A DNA stretch of 64,000 nt from Candidatus Latescibacterota bacterium (lineage in GTDB: Bacteria; Latescibacterota; UBA2968; GCA-2709665): assembly GCA_965219455.1 (NCBI GenBank), contig OZ244744.1, positions 5,472,001 to 5,536,000 on the forward strand. The letters are read 5' to 3'. A program made the position numbers and the translations under genes. Positions 1 to 9,566 of the stretch are shown piece by piece; the first letter of the stretch is position 1; every line of letters begins with the position of its first letter. The notes below the pieces were generated by a model. The model did not search any database. It worked only from the letters and a program-made list of their open reading frames with translations, and was not told the origin of the DNA.

Positions 1-283
1 CCTTCTTGGCTTCCTGACGTTGTTTTTTCTGGGCGGACTTGCGTTTGATTTCCTGACGAGAGGCGTTCCGTTCCTCCTCGAATTTGCCCTGAATGCTTTC
101 AACCATCTCCGTTGTACATATAGCCATGTGGTTCTTGACATCGAACCCCAGACCTCTGACGACTTCGACCATCGCAACACTGGAGAGATTGAACTCCCGC
201 GCCACCTCATAGATGCGCCGTTTTTTGTCATCGGCGGTATCGGATTCCGCCGTAACGGTCTTTGCGGGCGCCTGTCTGATCAT
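1..283 (-). CDS. infB: Translation initiation factor IF-2, N-terminal part (runs off window)
   Basis: Manual translation from ATG at 283 gives KKRRIYEVAREFNLSSVAMVEVVRGLGFDVKNHM, an IF2_N-like motif. SD GGGAGGTG lies upstream. Directly downstream of nusA. Confidence 0.9.
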   Translation of the reverse strand, partial: MIRQAPAKTVTAESDTADDKKRRIYEVAREFNLSSVAMVEVVRGLGFDVKNHMAICTTEMVESIQGKFEEERNASRQEIKRKSAQKKQRQEAKK

Positions 284-291
284 GGTCCGAT

Positions 292-1785
292 TCACCTCCC
301 CTCAGATTCTGTTGGGCCGCCGACCTTATCGTCGTCCGATGCCGTCGCTTCGACCGCTTCGCTTTCTTCTGAAAGTTCAATTTCGTCGTCCATCACCGGC
401 TCACCACCCGATTCGTCCGCAGCTGCGGCTGCCGCTGCTGCGGCTTCTTCCTCGGCGATACGAGCCGCTTCCTCAGCGATACGAGCTGCTTCCTCAGCCC
501 GCTGCTTTTCGAGTTCCTCTCGGTAGGTCTGCACCTTGACGGATACGACCTTCTCCGCTGCGCCCTGGACCTTTTCACCGGTGGACTCACCGATTCCGGG
601 CACGTCGAGCAACCGGACAAGCGAGACATCCACAAGATCGTTGGCGGACAATATTCCCGCGGCCTCGAGACGTTCGAGCATCACTTTACCCACACCTGTG
701 ACTTCCGTTAACGGTACAAACGTCGCCGCCTTCTCCAACTGCAGTTCCTGGAACCGGGTCTCGGTGATAATATCTACCTTCCAGCCCGTCAGTTGCGCGG
801 CCAGGCGGGCGTTCTGCCCCGATTTGCCAATGGCGAGCGACAACTGGTCGTCTTCGACGATTGCCGTCATCGCTGTTTTGTTTCGGTCGACCACCACACG
901 CTTGACCGTGGCGGGACTGAGCCCACGGGACAGGAAGATGGCTTCGTCGTCGCTCCAGGGGACGATGTCGATCCGCTCGTTGCTCAATTCCCGCACCACC
1001 GCCTGGACCCGGGAACCTTTCATCCCGACGCAGGCGCCAACCGGATCGATACGGGCGTCGTTCGAATAGACCGCGATCTTCGCCCTTTCTCCCGGTTCAC
1101 GAGCAACCGCCTTAATTTCGATGATACCCTCATAGATTTCAGGGACTTCGAACTGGAAAAGCTTGACCAGAAACTGCGGGTGGGTCCGGGACAGGACCAC
1201 CTGCGGCCCCTTGGATGTGCGGAGAACGTTTACCAGATAGGCGCGGATGGGATCTCCCTGACGGTAGCGCTCTTTTCGAATCTGCTCCTTGAGGGGGATA
1301 ACCGCCTCCGTGCGGCCAAGGTTAATCAGAATATCGCCATGGCTGATCTGCTGGACGGTGCCGCTGATGATTTCTCCGAGTCGATTCTGGTAATCCTCGT
1401 AGATCTTCTCCCGTTCGGCTTCCCGAACTCGCTGGATCAGGATCTGTTTGGTAGACTGAATGGCATTCCGACCGAAATCGGCAAACCGGAGCAACTCCTT
1501 GATTTCGCCGTTGATTTTGACGTCGGGTTCGACCTCGCGGGCAGCCGTAAGTCCGATCTGCAAGGCAGGATCATCGACTTCGTCGTCATTGACGACGGAT
1601 TTGGTGGCGAAGACCTGGATATCGCCGGAATTGAGGTCGATGTCCACCTCGACGTTGTCCGACGTGCCGAACCGCCTCTTGGTTGCGGAGAGCAGCCCGA
1701 TTTCCAGGGTTTCGATCACCATCGCCTTGTCAACGTTCTTTTCCTGAGCAATCTGGCCCAGCGCCTCCAGGACTTCATAGTTCAA
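292..1785 (-). CDS. nusA: Transcription termination/antitermination factor NusA
   Basis: Motifs AREPGERAKIAV, DPVGACVGMKGSRVQAV and LSLAIGKSGQNARLAAQLTGWKVDI; rimP-nusA-infB synteny. Confidence 0.98.
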   Translation of the reverse strand: MNYEVLEALGQIAQEKNVDKAMVIETLEIGLLSATKRRFGTSDNVEVDIDLNSGDIQVFATKSVVNDDEVDDPALQIGLTAAREVEPDVKINGEIKELLRFADFGRNAIQSTKQILIQRVREAEREKIYEDYQNRLGEIISGTVQQISHGDILINLGRTEAVIPLKEQIRKERYRQGDPIRAYLVNVLRTSKGPQVVLSRTHPQFLVKLFQFEVPEIYEGIIEIKAVAREPGERAKIAVYSNDARIDPVGACVGMKGSRVQAVVRELSNERIDIVPWSDDEAIFLSRGLSPATVKRVVVDRNKTAMTAIVEDDQLSLAIGKSGQNARLAAQLTGWKVDIITETRFQELQLEKAATFVPLTEVTGVGKVMLERLEAAGILSANDLVDVSLVRLLDVPGIGESTGEKVQGAAEKVVSVKVQTYREELEKQRAEEAARIAEEAARIAEEEAAAAAAAAADESGGEPVMDDEIELSEESEAVEATASDDDKVGGPTESEGR

Positions 1786-1797
1786 AAGGACATCTCC

Positions 1798-2247
1798 TCA
1801 AAATTCGAAATGGAGGTTGGCTTTTCTGATTTCGGCGGCCGGAACGCCCCGGGGTTCACCATCTACCGTCAGTTCAAGCTCCGGCCCGTCGTATCGCGTC
1901 AACTGGCCAATCAGTACCCGCCCGCCTTCAAGTATTACCTTAACGGTCCGACCGAGAGCCCGTTTGTAGTCGCGATCGGACTTGAGGGGCCTGTCCAGCC
2001 CGGGCGAGGAGACCTCGAGGACGTATCGCCCGTCAATTGGATCGTGGGTATCCAGGACATCCGCGATCCCGCGGCTGAGGCGCGCGCATTCACCTACGGT
2101 GATTCCGTTGATACAATCCACGTCAATGCGCAGCATTCTGTTCCGGGGACTACCGGTGAACTGCAGGTCAACCAGATCCGCGCCCTGATCCTCCAGATAG
2201 AGCTCAATCAGCTTTTCGATGGATTCCTGCAGCGCCGGATCGTTCAT
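1798..2247 (-). CDS. rimP: Ribosome maturation factor RimP
   Basis: YVLEVSSPGLDRPL motif; upstream of nusA. Confidence 0.97.
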   Translation of the reverse strand: MNDPALQESIEKLIELYLEDQGADLVDLQFTGSPRNRMLRIDVDCINGITVGECARLSRGIADVLDTHDPIDGRYVLEVSSPGLDRPLKSDRDYKRALGRTVKVILEGGRVLIGQLTRYDGPELELTVDGEPRGVPAAEIRKANLHFEF

Positions 2248-2280
2248 AAACCAGGAACACGAATGGAGGTCCAGATATTC

Positions 2281-2304
2281 AAAAGAGCGGGCACCCGCCC
2301 ACTC
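2281..2304 (-). terminator. rimP leader hairpin / attenuator-like terminator
   Basis: Minus strand reads GAGTGGGC-GGGT-GCCCGCTC-TTTT in the 5' leader of rimP, resembling the conserved rimP leader terminator. Confidence 0.65.
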
Positions 2305-2322
2305 TCGCTGTTCAGAGCACTA

Positions 2323-2351
2323 AATATATGGTATTTCACGCTATAGCGCAA
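2323..2351 (-). promoter_or_regulatory. Putative sigma70 promoter of the rimP-nusA-infB operon
   Basis: TTGCGC-17 nt-TATATT on the minus strand, just upstream of the leader hairpin. Confidence 0.5.
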
Positions 2352-2377
2352 GGATAAATTTCCACCAGGGTACCCGC

Positions 2378-2740
2378 TTATCCACCTCCGTCGACAAGGT
2401 TCTTGAGTTCCCTGAGCATCTCGCGCATCTCCGAGACAACCTCATTCGGACCCGTCGGTAGATTCGATTCGGACGTCTCCGCTTCGATAGACAGGTCTCT
2501 CCACAGAGAGGGGTCTTCCTTAAGCCGATCGCGGGCGCCCTGAAGCGTGTACTTTTCACCCTGCCTCAGCCGCTTGATGGCCAGGACGATTCTGAGGTCC
2601 CGCTCCCGGTAGAGCCGATTTTTGGAGCGGCCCCGCCTCGGCCGGAGCATGGGAAATTCCTTTTCCCAATAGCGCAGTACCTGCGGTTCAATACCGGTTT
2701 TTTCAGCCACTTCCCGGATGGAAAAGTAGATCTTGTTCAT
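2378..2740 (-). CDS. MerR-family HTH transcriptional regulator
   Basis: YFSIREVAEKTGIEPQVLRYWEKEFPMLRP...RLY. Confidence 0.9.
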   Translation of the reverse strand: MNKIYFSIREVAEKTGIEPQVLRYWEKEFPMLRPRRGRSKNRLYRERDLRIVLAIKRLRQGEKYTLQGARDRLKEDPSLWRDLSIEAETSESNLPTGPNEVVSEMREMLRELKNLVDGGG

Positions 2741-2747
2741 TACGATG

Positions 2748-4067
2748 TCATCGCTTTTTTTTGAACATGACCCGTACCGGGGTCCCTTTCAGATCGAATC
2801 GCTCCCGCAAGCGGCGTTCGAGAAAACGTCGATAGTGTTCGGGCACGTCGCGTGGCCTGGTGGTAAAGAAAATCACCGTGGGCGGCTCGGCCATCGGTTG
2901 AACACAATAGTACATCTTTGACGCCCGGCCCCTCTTGGTGGGCGGCGGGTGTGACGCGTTGACTTCCTCCAGAAGGCGGTTCAAGGCGGAAGTGGCAACG
3001 CGCAAGCGTCGTTTGTCGTAAACCTCAAGCGCCGACTCCACCACCTTCCATGCGCGCTGACCGGATAGAGCCGATAGAAAAAAGATCGGAAAATCCCGTA
3101 ACGAGGGAAACCGACCGGTTATATCCTGCGTTTGCACAATTGCCGTCTTGTCGTCTTTCTCGATCAGATCCCACTTATTCATCGCCAGCAGCGCGCCCTT
3201 CCCCAATTCGGTCGCGTCGCCGAGTATCTTGACATCCTGAAGTGTGATCCCTTCGTCCGCGTCTGCAATGACAATGGCGACGTCGCAACGCTCCAGGCTT
3301 GTTCGGGTGCGCACGGTACTGTAATATTCGACCTGCTCTTTCACCTTCGTGCGCCTGCGAAGCCCCGCAGTATCGATCAGCAGGAAATCGCGGCCGTTTC
3401 GCTTCATCGGCAGATCGATCGCATCTCGCGTGGTGCCGGGAATCGGGCTGACCACCATCCGATTTTCACCTGACAGCCGATTGATAAATGTGGACTTTCC
3501 GACATTTGGCCTGCCCACCACCGCAATTCGCGGCGGACCGGCATCTTCTTCCGGGGCCGGATCGGTTTCCGGTATAAGCGAGACCACCTCATCCAGAAGA
3601 TCGCCTGCCATCCGCCCGCTCAGCGCCGACACGGGAACGGGCTCGCCGAGGGCCAGGCCGTAGAAACCGGCCACGTCCGGCACGTCGCGCTCCGAATCCA
3701 CTTTGTTGACAACCGGCAGGCACGGTGTCCCGTTCAGGCGTACCAGACGCGCGATGGCCGCGTCATCGTCGGTCGGACCGGTCTTGGCATCCAGGACCAG
3801 CAGGATCACATCCGCTTCGGCCACGGCCACCTCTATCTGATCCCCGACGGATTGCGCAATGCCCGCCCCCGGATTGAGCGTATAGCCGCCCGTGTCCACC
3901 AGCGTGAAGACCCGACGATTCCAGGCGACCTCCGCATAGTTTCGATCTCTGGTCACACCGGGCAAATCGTCTACGACGGCCCGGCGATATCCCAGAAACC
4001 GATTGAATAGGGTGGACTTCCCCACGTTGGGGCGCCCGACAATTGCAACGACTCGTCGCCTCGGCAA
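2748..4067 (-). CDS. der: Ribosome biogenesis GTPase Der/EngA
   Basis: Two GRPNVGKS P-loops, DTGG and DTAG, NKVD and NKWD, and a KH-like C-terminus. Confidence 0.97.
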   Translation of the reverse strand: MPRRRVVAIVGRPNVGKSTLFNRFLGYRRAVVDDLPGVTRDRNYAEVAWNRRVFTLVDTGGYTLNPGAGIAQSVGDQIEVAVAEADVILLVLDAKTGPTDDDAAIARLVRLNGTPCLPVVNKVDSERDVPDVAGFYGLALGEPVPVSALSGRMAGDLLDEVVSLIPETDPAPEEDAGPPRIAVVGRPNVGKSTFINRLSGENRMVVSPIPGTTRDAIDLPMKRNGRDFLLIDTAGLRRRTKVKEQVEYYSTVRTRTSLERCDVAIVIADADEGITLQDVKILGDATELGKGALLAMNKWDLIEKDDKTAIVQTQDITGRFPSLRDFPIFFLSALSGQRAWKVVESALEVYDKRRLRVATSALNRLLEEVNASHPPPTKRGRASKMYYCVQPMAEPPTVIFFTTRPRDVPEHYRRFLERRLRERFDLKGTPVRVMFKKKR

Positions 4068-4092
4068 GAAATGGTCTCCTGTGTATGCCGCG

Positions 4093-5508
4093 TCATGCCA
4101 CCTGATGCGGCAGTATATACGGATGCTGAGCGCTCACCTGATCGTCTTCCGCGCCCGTGCGGGTATCGCCGCGGGCGGCCCGCGCCGCCGTATCCGCAAG
4201 ATCGTAGGTTCCTATACAGACCTGGCGATTCAAGGCTTTTTCCAGATCCATGGGCGTCAGGTCGTCCAGAAACAGGCCGTGATGGCTCACGCAGTTGGGT
4301 GGCAGGATCACGAAATCGGTCTCCTGCCACTGCGTTTTCAGCGCGTCCAGCATATCCTGTCCGGTCAGCAGTCCCGAAACCGTGATACCCTCACCCAGAA
4401 AACGGTTTTTTACCTCCACGACATGCGCCGTCAACCAGGGGATGCGGTTCAGACGCTCCGCCATTGGCCGGATGAATTCCGCGCCGAGCACGCTTGTGAC
4501 CAGCGTCATCGAGACCGGTCGGCAATTCAGCGATTCGAGCGCGGGTACCCCCGCTTCGAAGCAATCCGTGAACCGGCGCACCATTCCCACACCGTTCTCT
4601 ACAAGCGGAAAGCCGTCGTAGTGGGCGGCCTCTGGGATTCTCCGGCCGGCCATCAGATAGAATTCGTCACCAAAATATACGAAGTTGACGCCGAACTTCC
4701 CTTGAAGACGACGCTGCCACTCCGCAGCCTGGTCCAGGCACTCGATGGCAACCTCCGGCGTTACCGGATCCAGGCGGGGCAGATTCCGGCGGAATCGGGT
4801 CAACCCCAGTGGAACAATGCCCACGGATTCTACGGATGGGTACCATCGGGCCAGATCGAACACCGTGCGCTTGACGTGCTCTCCGTCGTTAAGACCCGGG
4901 CACAGAACGACTTGCGCATGCATTTGAATGTTGTGGCTGGACAGGTAGCCGATGCGCTCCATTACATCCACCGGCTCCGTCCGTCCCAACAACGTTGCCC
5001 TGAGTTCCGGATCGGTCGCATGGACAGAAATGTACATAGGGCTTAGACGCTGTTCGACAATCCTCTGAAATTCCGCTTCCGACAGGTTCGTGAGCGTGAC
5101 GTATGCACCGTGGAGAAACGAAAGTCTGTAGTCGTCGTCCTGGTAGTAGAGGGTCTTTCGCATCTTCCTGGGCATCTGATGGAGAAAACAGAAGACGCAT
5201 TTGTTGTTGCATTTGATGATGGGCATGTCCGCCAAGGTCACGCCAAGGTCATCGTCCGTTTCCTTTTCAATATCCACCACAATGACGTCGTCTCCCCGCC
5301 GGAGAACGACCTCCACCGTCTCTTCGGCGACGTGGAAACGATAGTCGATGGGGTCGTGTACGGGTTCCCCGTTGATGGCCTCGATGACGTCTCCGGGCCG
5401 GATGCCAACGGCCTCTCCGATACCTCCGGAGACGACCTCCTCCACACCAAGACCCACCACCGCTTCGTCGACCTGAGGCAGCCCCTCTACCTGACCTGAT
5501 TTCTTCAT
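4093..5508 (-). CDS. PDZ + radical SAM-like Fe-S protein (DUF512 family)
   Basis: N-terminal PDZ-like segment, CNNKCVFC motif, DDDYRLSFL, and YDGFPLVENGVG. Confidence 0.88.
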   Translation of the reverse strand: MKKSGQVEGLPQVDEAVVGLGVEEVVSGGIGEAVGIRPGDVIEAINGEPVHDPIDYRFHVAEETVEVVLRRGDDVIVVDIEKETDDDLGVTLADMPIIKCNNKCVFCFLHQMPRKMRKTLYYQDDDYRLSFLHGAYVTLTNLSEAEFQRIVEQRLSPMYISVHATDPELRATLLGRTEPVDVMERIGYLSSHNIQMHAQVVLCPGLNDGEHVKRTVFDLARWYPSVESVGIVPLGLTRFRRNLPRLDPVTPEVAIECLDQAAEWQRRLQGKFGVNFVYFGDEFYLMAGRRIPEAAHYDGFPLVENGVGMVRRFTDCFEAGVPALESLNCRPVSMTLVTSVLGAEFIRPMAERLNRIPWLTAHVVEVKNRFLGEGITVSGLLTGQDMLDALKTQWQETDFVILPPNCVSHHGLFLDDLTPMDLEKALNRQVCIGTYDLADTAARAARGDTRTGAEDDQVSAQHPYILPHQVA

Positions 5509-5701
5509 ATGGTTTTATATGTTCCTGTTAGAGAATAAAGTGCAGAAAAAACTTATACCATCACTTTGAAGTTAAAACAAACGGTGAAAAGGTCAAGAAA
5601 AATGTGGAGATCCATTCGCGTTTCACGTTGGATCCGGCCAACAACCCGGGTATTCGCCAACAAGCTGCGCTTCAAATTCCGCTCGTACTGACCCGCCCCC
5701 C

Positions 5702-6034
5702 TCAATCAACCGGTGGAGCCAATAGCCCGGGTCTGGTGCCGGCGACCTCGTTGAGAATCAGCGGATCCAGGTCGATGACGCGATGCAGGGTCTGTGCGTG
5801 AAAAAGCTGTCGGGCCGTCAGCCCCTCCGCTCCCGTAAATGTGGTCCTGCAGAGGTTCGTATTGCGGAAAACGACGTCTTCCAGGTCCGTTTCCTTTAAG
5901 GAGCCTTCACTCAGATCGCAATCGGTGAAATCGGCGCCAGACAGATCGGGCGTGAGGTCGGGATTCTCGGCCCGCCAGCGATTCCATGTCTGAACGCTTT
6001 TCCCGATGATGCTCAAATGGGTTGGATTGGCCAT
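5702..6034 (-). CDS. Pentapeptide-repeat protein
   Basis: WNRWRAENP...DLSGADFTDCDLSEGSLKETDL. The ORF-track extension to 6112 runs through a MITE, so the start is placed at 6034. Confidence 0.75.
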   Translation of the reverse strand: MANPTHLSIIGKSVQTWNRWRAENPDLTPDLSGADFTDCDLSEGSLKETDLEDVVFRNTNLCRTTFTGAEGLTARQLFHAQTLHRVIDLDPLILNEVAGTRPGLLAPPVD

Positions 6035-6068
6035 TCTGTCGACTGCCTGAGGTAACGAAATCGATGTT

Positions 6069-6189
6069 GTGTCCCGTCCCGGAAATATGTCACCATTCAT
6101 CCGCCGATTCATCCCGTCTTGCTACGTCGCCTTGCCAGCCGGGCGACTCGACGGCCGAATTTCGGCAATCTATTTCCGGGACAGAACAC
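6069..6189. mobile_element. MITE-like element, 121 bp, 19-bp terminal inverted repeats
   Basis: GTGTCCCGTCCCGGAAATA ... TATTTCCGGGACAGAACAC. A near-identical inverted copy lies at 54064-54142. Confidence 0.85.
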
Positions 6190-6199
6190 TGCGGGACGT

Positions 6200-7099
6200 T
6201 TACGATGTGAGCGTGTTGACGAAATAGCCCAGAAAGCGCTCCGAGTCCACATCCACGCACACCTCTGCGTTGGCGTCGCGTTTATCGGATCTGATCGGAA
6301 CTGTTGCGCCGTTGAGCCTGTCGGAACGTGTTTCAACGTGGATGGCGTCGGGCCGTGTATCGCAGATCGCGGGGTTAAAAACCATCGCGACGGCGAGCGG
6401 ATCGTGGAGTACAGGATGCGCCCTTCCCGAGCCCTTGCTCCACAATTGGATGAGCTCGAAGCACAGACGGTTGATGGGTCGGTCCACCATTCCGATCGCC
6501 TGTACCTGGGCGGTGTTCAGACGGCATTTTTCCGTGACATCCAGGCCCACCATGGTGATCGGAGCCCCGGCGCCGAAAACCACGTGCGCCGCTTCGGGAT
6601 CGCACAGGATGTTCCACTCGGCCCTCATTTGACCCACACATCCGCCCATCAGACAGATTGTCGTCTTCTGTGCCAGGCGAGGCTCCATCGTGAAGGCCGC
6701 TGCGATATTCGTCAGTGGCCCTATCGGCACAAGCGTAATGTCGCCATCGCCGCGCATTACCGTATCGATGATGAAATCGACGGCGCGCCCGGCGGCGGGC
6801 GCGGACGTTCCCGGGTATCGCTGAATCGCCTCCATCTGCCGCGGTCGATGCGATTCTATGGCTGCCTTTCCCTTCGATGCGGGATCGAACAACGGTTTCC
6901 CGAGACCCGCGAATACGGGAACGTCGCCCCTTCCAAGCGCGTCCAGGACGCAACAGGCCAGTTCGGCACGACGGGCCGTATCGCGGAATACGGTCGTTAC
7001 GCCGACAATCTCAATCTCCCCGCAAAGCAGCGCGAAAGTCAGCGCAAGCGCGTCGTCGACATCGTCTCCGATATCGGTATCCAGGATGATCTTTTTCAT
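6200..7099 (-). CDS. Nucleoside hydrolase (IU-NH family)
   Basis: IILDTDIGDDVDDALAL, IGPLTNIA, AEWNILCDPEAA and LHDPLA. Confidence 0.93.
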   Translation of the reverse strand: MKKIILDTDIGDDVDDALALTFALLCGEIEIVGVTTVFRDTARRAELACCVLDALGRGDVPVFAGLGKPLFDPASKGKAAIESHRPRQMEAIQRYPGTSAPAAGRAVDFIIDTVMRGDGDITLVPIGPLTNIAAAFTMEPRLAQKTTICLMGGCVGQMRAEWNILCDPEAAHVVFGAGAPITMVGLDVTEKCRLNTAQVQAIGMVDRPINRLCFELIQLWSKGSGRAHPVLHDPLAVAMVFNPAICDTRPDAIHVETRSDRLNGATVPIRSDKRDANAEVCVDVDSERFLGYFVNTLTS

Positions 7100-7166
7100 T
7101 TTTTGCCTTTCACGCAAACCCTTTATTGTTGAAATTCTACCACCCCCTAACGTCCCCTATTCCCTT

Positions 7167-7199
7167 GCCCTTTTTCTTGCTTCGCCCAAGAAAAAGGGC
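7167..7199. repeat. Perfect 13-bp hairpin (repeat/terminator-like)
   Basis: GCCCTTTTTCTTG-cttcgcc-CAAGAAAAAGGGC. Confidence 0.7.
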
Positions 7200-7701
7200 G
7201 AAAAAGAAGGGCGCCGCTCGGCGCGGGGCCGGTTTTTCCACGAATCTCGTAGGCGGTGTTGGCTGAAGCGTGTGCCCTACGAACGAATCCGGCCTCACGG
7301 TGTTACAATGCTAAACGGATCAGCGTGGAAAAACCCCCCACCCCACAACCGTACGCTCGATAGGCCTGCTTGAGGTCCTGTACGATAGTGACGTTGTACG
7401 ATAGAGCGCGGAACCAACCTCCACCCGCTTAGCGGGTGACCTGTTGTTCCCGGGTTTATGCGGAACAACAGGGGACGCCTGGTTCCGGCGTTCGAGGTTG
7501 CTGGTGAGCGGCACGCCTTATGCCGCGAACAACAGCCCCCTCCACCCGGACCGGACGCGTTAGAGGTGATGCACTTTGCAGGGCATGGAAAACCCCCACT
7601 TCCCTGGTGGTCCTGGACCGAAAATATATTACTACTCTTCCGCCAATTCATCCCGCCTCGAGGCGTAGTGTTCGTTGCCTGCGCTGCTTGCCTTGCGTGT
7701 G

Positions 7702-7767
7702 CTGAGCCTGTCGAAGCAAACTTGTCGATACAATCCAGTCGAAATGTGGACGCTGAGCTTGTCGAAG
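7702..7767. repeat. Two copies of the CTGAGCYTGTCGAAG interspersed repeat
   Basis: Copies at 7702-7716 and 7753-7767; an exact reverse complement of the second lies at 29331-29345. Confidence 0.7.
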
Positions 7768-7841
7768 CGCCCACGGTTCGCTACCGTTCGCTCTTCAGTG
7801 CCCTTCGCCATCGCACCAGTAGCCATTTCAGGTCCTGACAG

Positions 7842-8474
7842 TTACCCCATCAAGTCCACCGGATTCTCGGCGTCCACATGCCGCGCGCCGAAGTTGATGA
7901 GGTGCGCATTGTCATCGGAAGCCAACGCGAACACCGGTTTACCGCGTGTGAGCGCCTCCCGGCACAGCGCCTCAGTCTTGCCTCCCTTTTCCGCATGGGC
8001 GATCAAGACGGAATCCGCAAGCTCAGCGACGTATGCATTTCGCGCGGCCACCGTTGTTGCCGTGGCGCGGCGAATGTTGTCATTGAAAAAGGAGAGTAGC
8101 ATAAGTCTCCCCTCTCCAAGCGGGCGCTTCCAATACTTGGAGATCCGCATCCTGCCAAGTCCCCGCGCCGGACAGACAACGACACGGGCGGAACCCCGCA
8201 ACAGCAGGTCCAGAAATTCCCTTTCCATCGGGGACTGAAAACCCCCCACAACCGTCACGTCCGCATCCCGAAGCGCGCGTGCCAGATCAAAGGTCTTCAA
8301 GATTGCATCTCCGGGACAACGCACTGAACAGAAGAAACCGATCAACCGTCCCTCGAGTATCCCGGGATCCCCCAAAAGCGCAACCGGCGCCTCTCCCCCG
8401 GCGCCGGTGCATCGCCTAAGCACCGCCGGCATACCCGGCTCGATTGATTTGTAGCGTTTAATCATTCGAGGCAT
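7842..8474 (-). CDS. DprA/Smf-like SLOG-superfamily protein
   Basis: GFFCSVRCPG, VVGGFQSPME and ARNAYVAELADSVLIAHAEKGGKT. Confidence 0.8.
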   Translation of the reverse strand: MPRMIKRYKSIEPGMPAVLRRCTGAGGEAPVALLGDPGILEGRLIGFFCSVRCPGDAILKTFDLARALRDADVTVVGGFQSPMEREFLDLLLRGSARVVVCPARGLGRMRISKYWKRPLGEGRLMLLSFFNDNIRRATATTVAARNAYVAELADSVLIAHAEKGGKTEALCREALTRGKPVFALASDDNAHLINFGARHVDAENPVDLMG

Positions 8475-8502
8475 CTGTCCAGTCGTTAGAAATCGAAGCC
8501 GT

Positions 8503-8892
8503 CTACCGAAGGTGCTGTTTTACGGTCTCACGTATATTTCGAGCCAGTCGGTACATCCTTTGAGCAATTTCAATGGGTGGCTTCCCGGCGGGCAGGAGGC
8601 CCGACTCTACCGGATACCTCGAATCTGTGTACAGCTCATTCAGTTGAATAAGGAGATCCAATTCTACGTCGAGTCTGGCGTAATCTTGCGTGTGGCTATG
8701 GAGCATAATGAGATCATGTGTTCTCGGTGGTGTCTGTTCATGTTCTTCAAGAACGGCTTTGAACGATTTTTCGATAGCTTGCTGGCAGTGAAAAGCGACC
8801 ATGTGCGTTAATTCATCACGATGGATGATTTCCGCAACGACGGTCAGGTCATCGCCAGCCGATTCAAGCCACACTTTCGCTTGACTTTTCAT
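8503..8892 (-). CDS. HEPN domain protein (HEPN/MNT pair)
   Basis: FHCQQAIEKSFKA, PRTHDL and YTDSRYP; overlaps the upstream MNT gene. Confidence 0.92.
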   Translation of the reverse strand: MKSQAKVWLESAGDDLTVVAEIIHRDELTHMVAFHCQQAIEKSFKAVLEEHEQTPPRTHDLIMLHSHTQDYARLDVELDLLIQLNELYTDSRYPVESGLLPAGKPPIEIAQRMYRLARNIRETVKQHLR

Positions 8893-9223
8893 ATAACGTC
8901 TTCCCGGAACTTTCTATCCCGCTGAGAAACGAAGCGCCCTGCTCCCTTAGAAGCTCGTACTCGGCCCTTGTGTATACAACAAGATCGATCGGAAGCCTCC
9001 TGTTTATCTCGCGGATACAATCCCTTACTGCGATTCTTGCCGCCATCCGTTCGCCGTAGGTGCGCGGGACCGCCTGAGAGTCCAAGATGACCAGCAAATC
9101 GATATCGCTATCCACATCACGCTCCCCCAACGCGGCGGATCCAAAGAGCACAATCCTGTAGGGATCGACGCTCCGAAGGCGCGATACGATGTCATCGAGG
9201 TCGTTTACTGTTCTTGTATCCAT
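8864..9223 (-). CDS. Minimal nucleotidyltransferase (MNT)
   Basis: IVLFGSAALGERDVDSDIDLLVI and PIDLVVYT. Confidence 0.92.
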   Translation of the reverse strand: MDTRTVNDLDDIVSRLRSVDPYRIVLFGSAALGERDVDSDIDLLVILDSQAVPRTYGERMAARIAVRDCIREINRRLPIDLVVYTRAEYELLREQGASFLSGIESSGKTLYEKSSESVA

Positions 9224-9341
9224 ATAGTCCCCTCTCGGCGCTAACAGCGCGTTCGTTCAGATCAAAAGTCACGCCGTGAGCGCCCCGTTCCACTCACCGT
9301 GAGTGGTCATCAGATGAGGGATCAAGGAAGAGGCGTAGATC

Positions 9342-9566
9342 TTACGCGAACTCATAGAGCGGCACTGTCGTTGCCTGCTGGCGGTCCTCCTCCAGCAGGC
9401 GTTCAATCCTTCGAACCGTGTCGAGATTCAGCAGCACATCGCCGCAAAAGGAACAGACTTCAGCAGGTACATGGTCGATGACGATCACTTGACCACGGCG
9501 CCGTACGGTGTGCATGATTGATTTCGCTTCGTATTCTCCGGGGCATCCGTCGATGCTGCGTTTCAT
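9342..9566 (-). CDS. YgiT-type zinc finger protein (MqsA-like; first Cys apparently lost)
   Basis: IVIDHVPAEVCSFCGD. The N-terminus MKRSIDGC lacks the first Cys. Confidence 0.8.
   Translation of the reverse strand: MKRSIDGCPGEYEAKSIMHTVRRRGQVIVIDHVPAEVCSFCGDVLLNLDTVRRIERLLEEDRQQATTVPLYEFA

Noticed and set aside
420-500. 21-bp tandem repeat and poly-Ala in nusA
   Set aside because: An ordinary low-complexity acidic tail (EEAARIA twice).
793-2346. Long plus-strand ORFs (793-2346, 4003-5046, 34116-35453, 46191-47747 and others)
   Set aside because: These are antisense shadows of well-supported minus-strand genes in GC-rich DNA, with no motifs.
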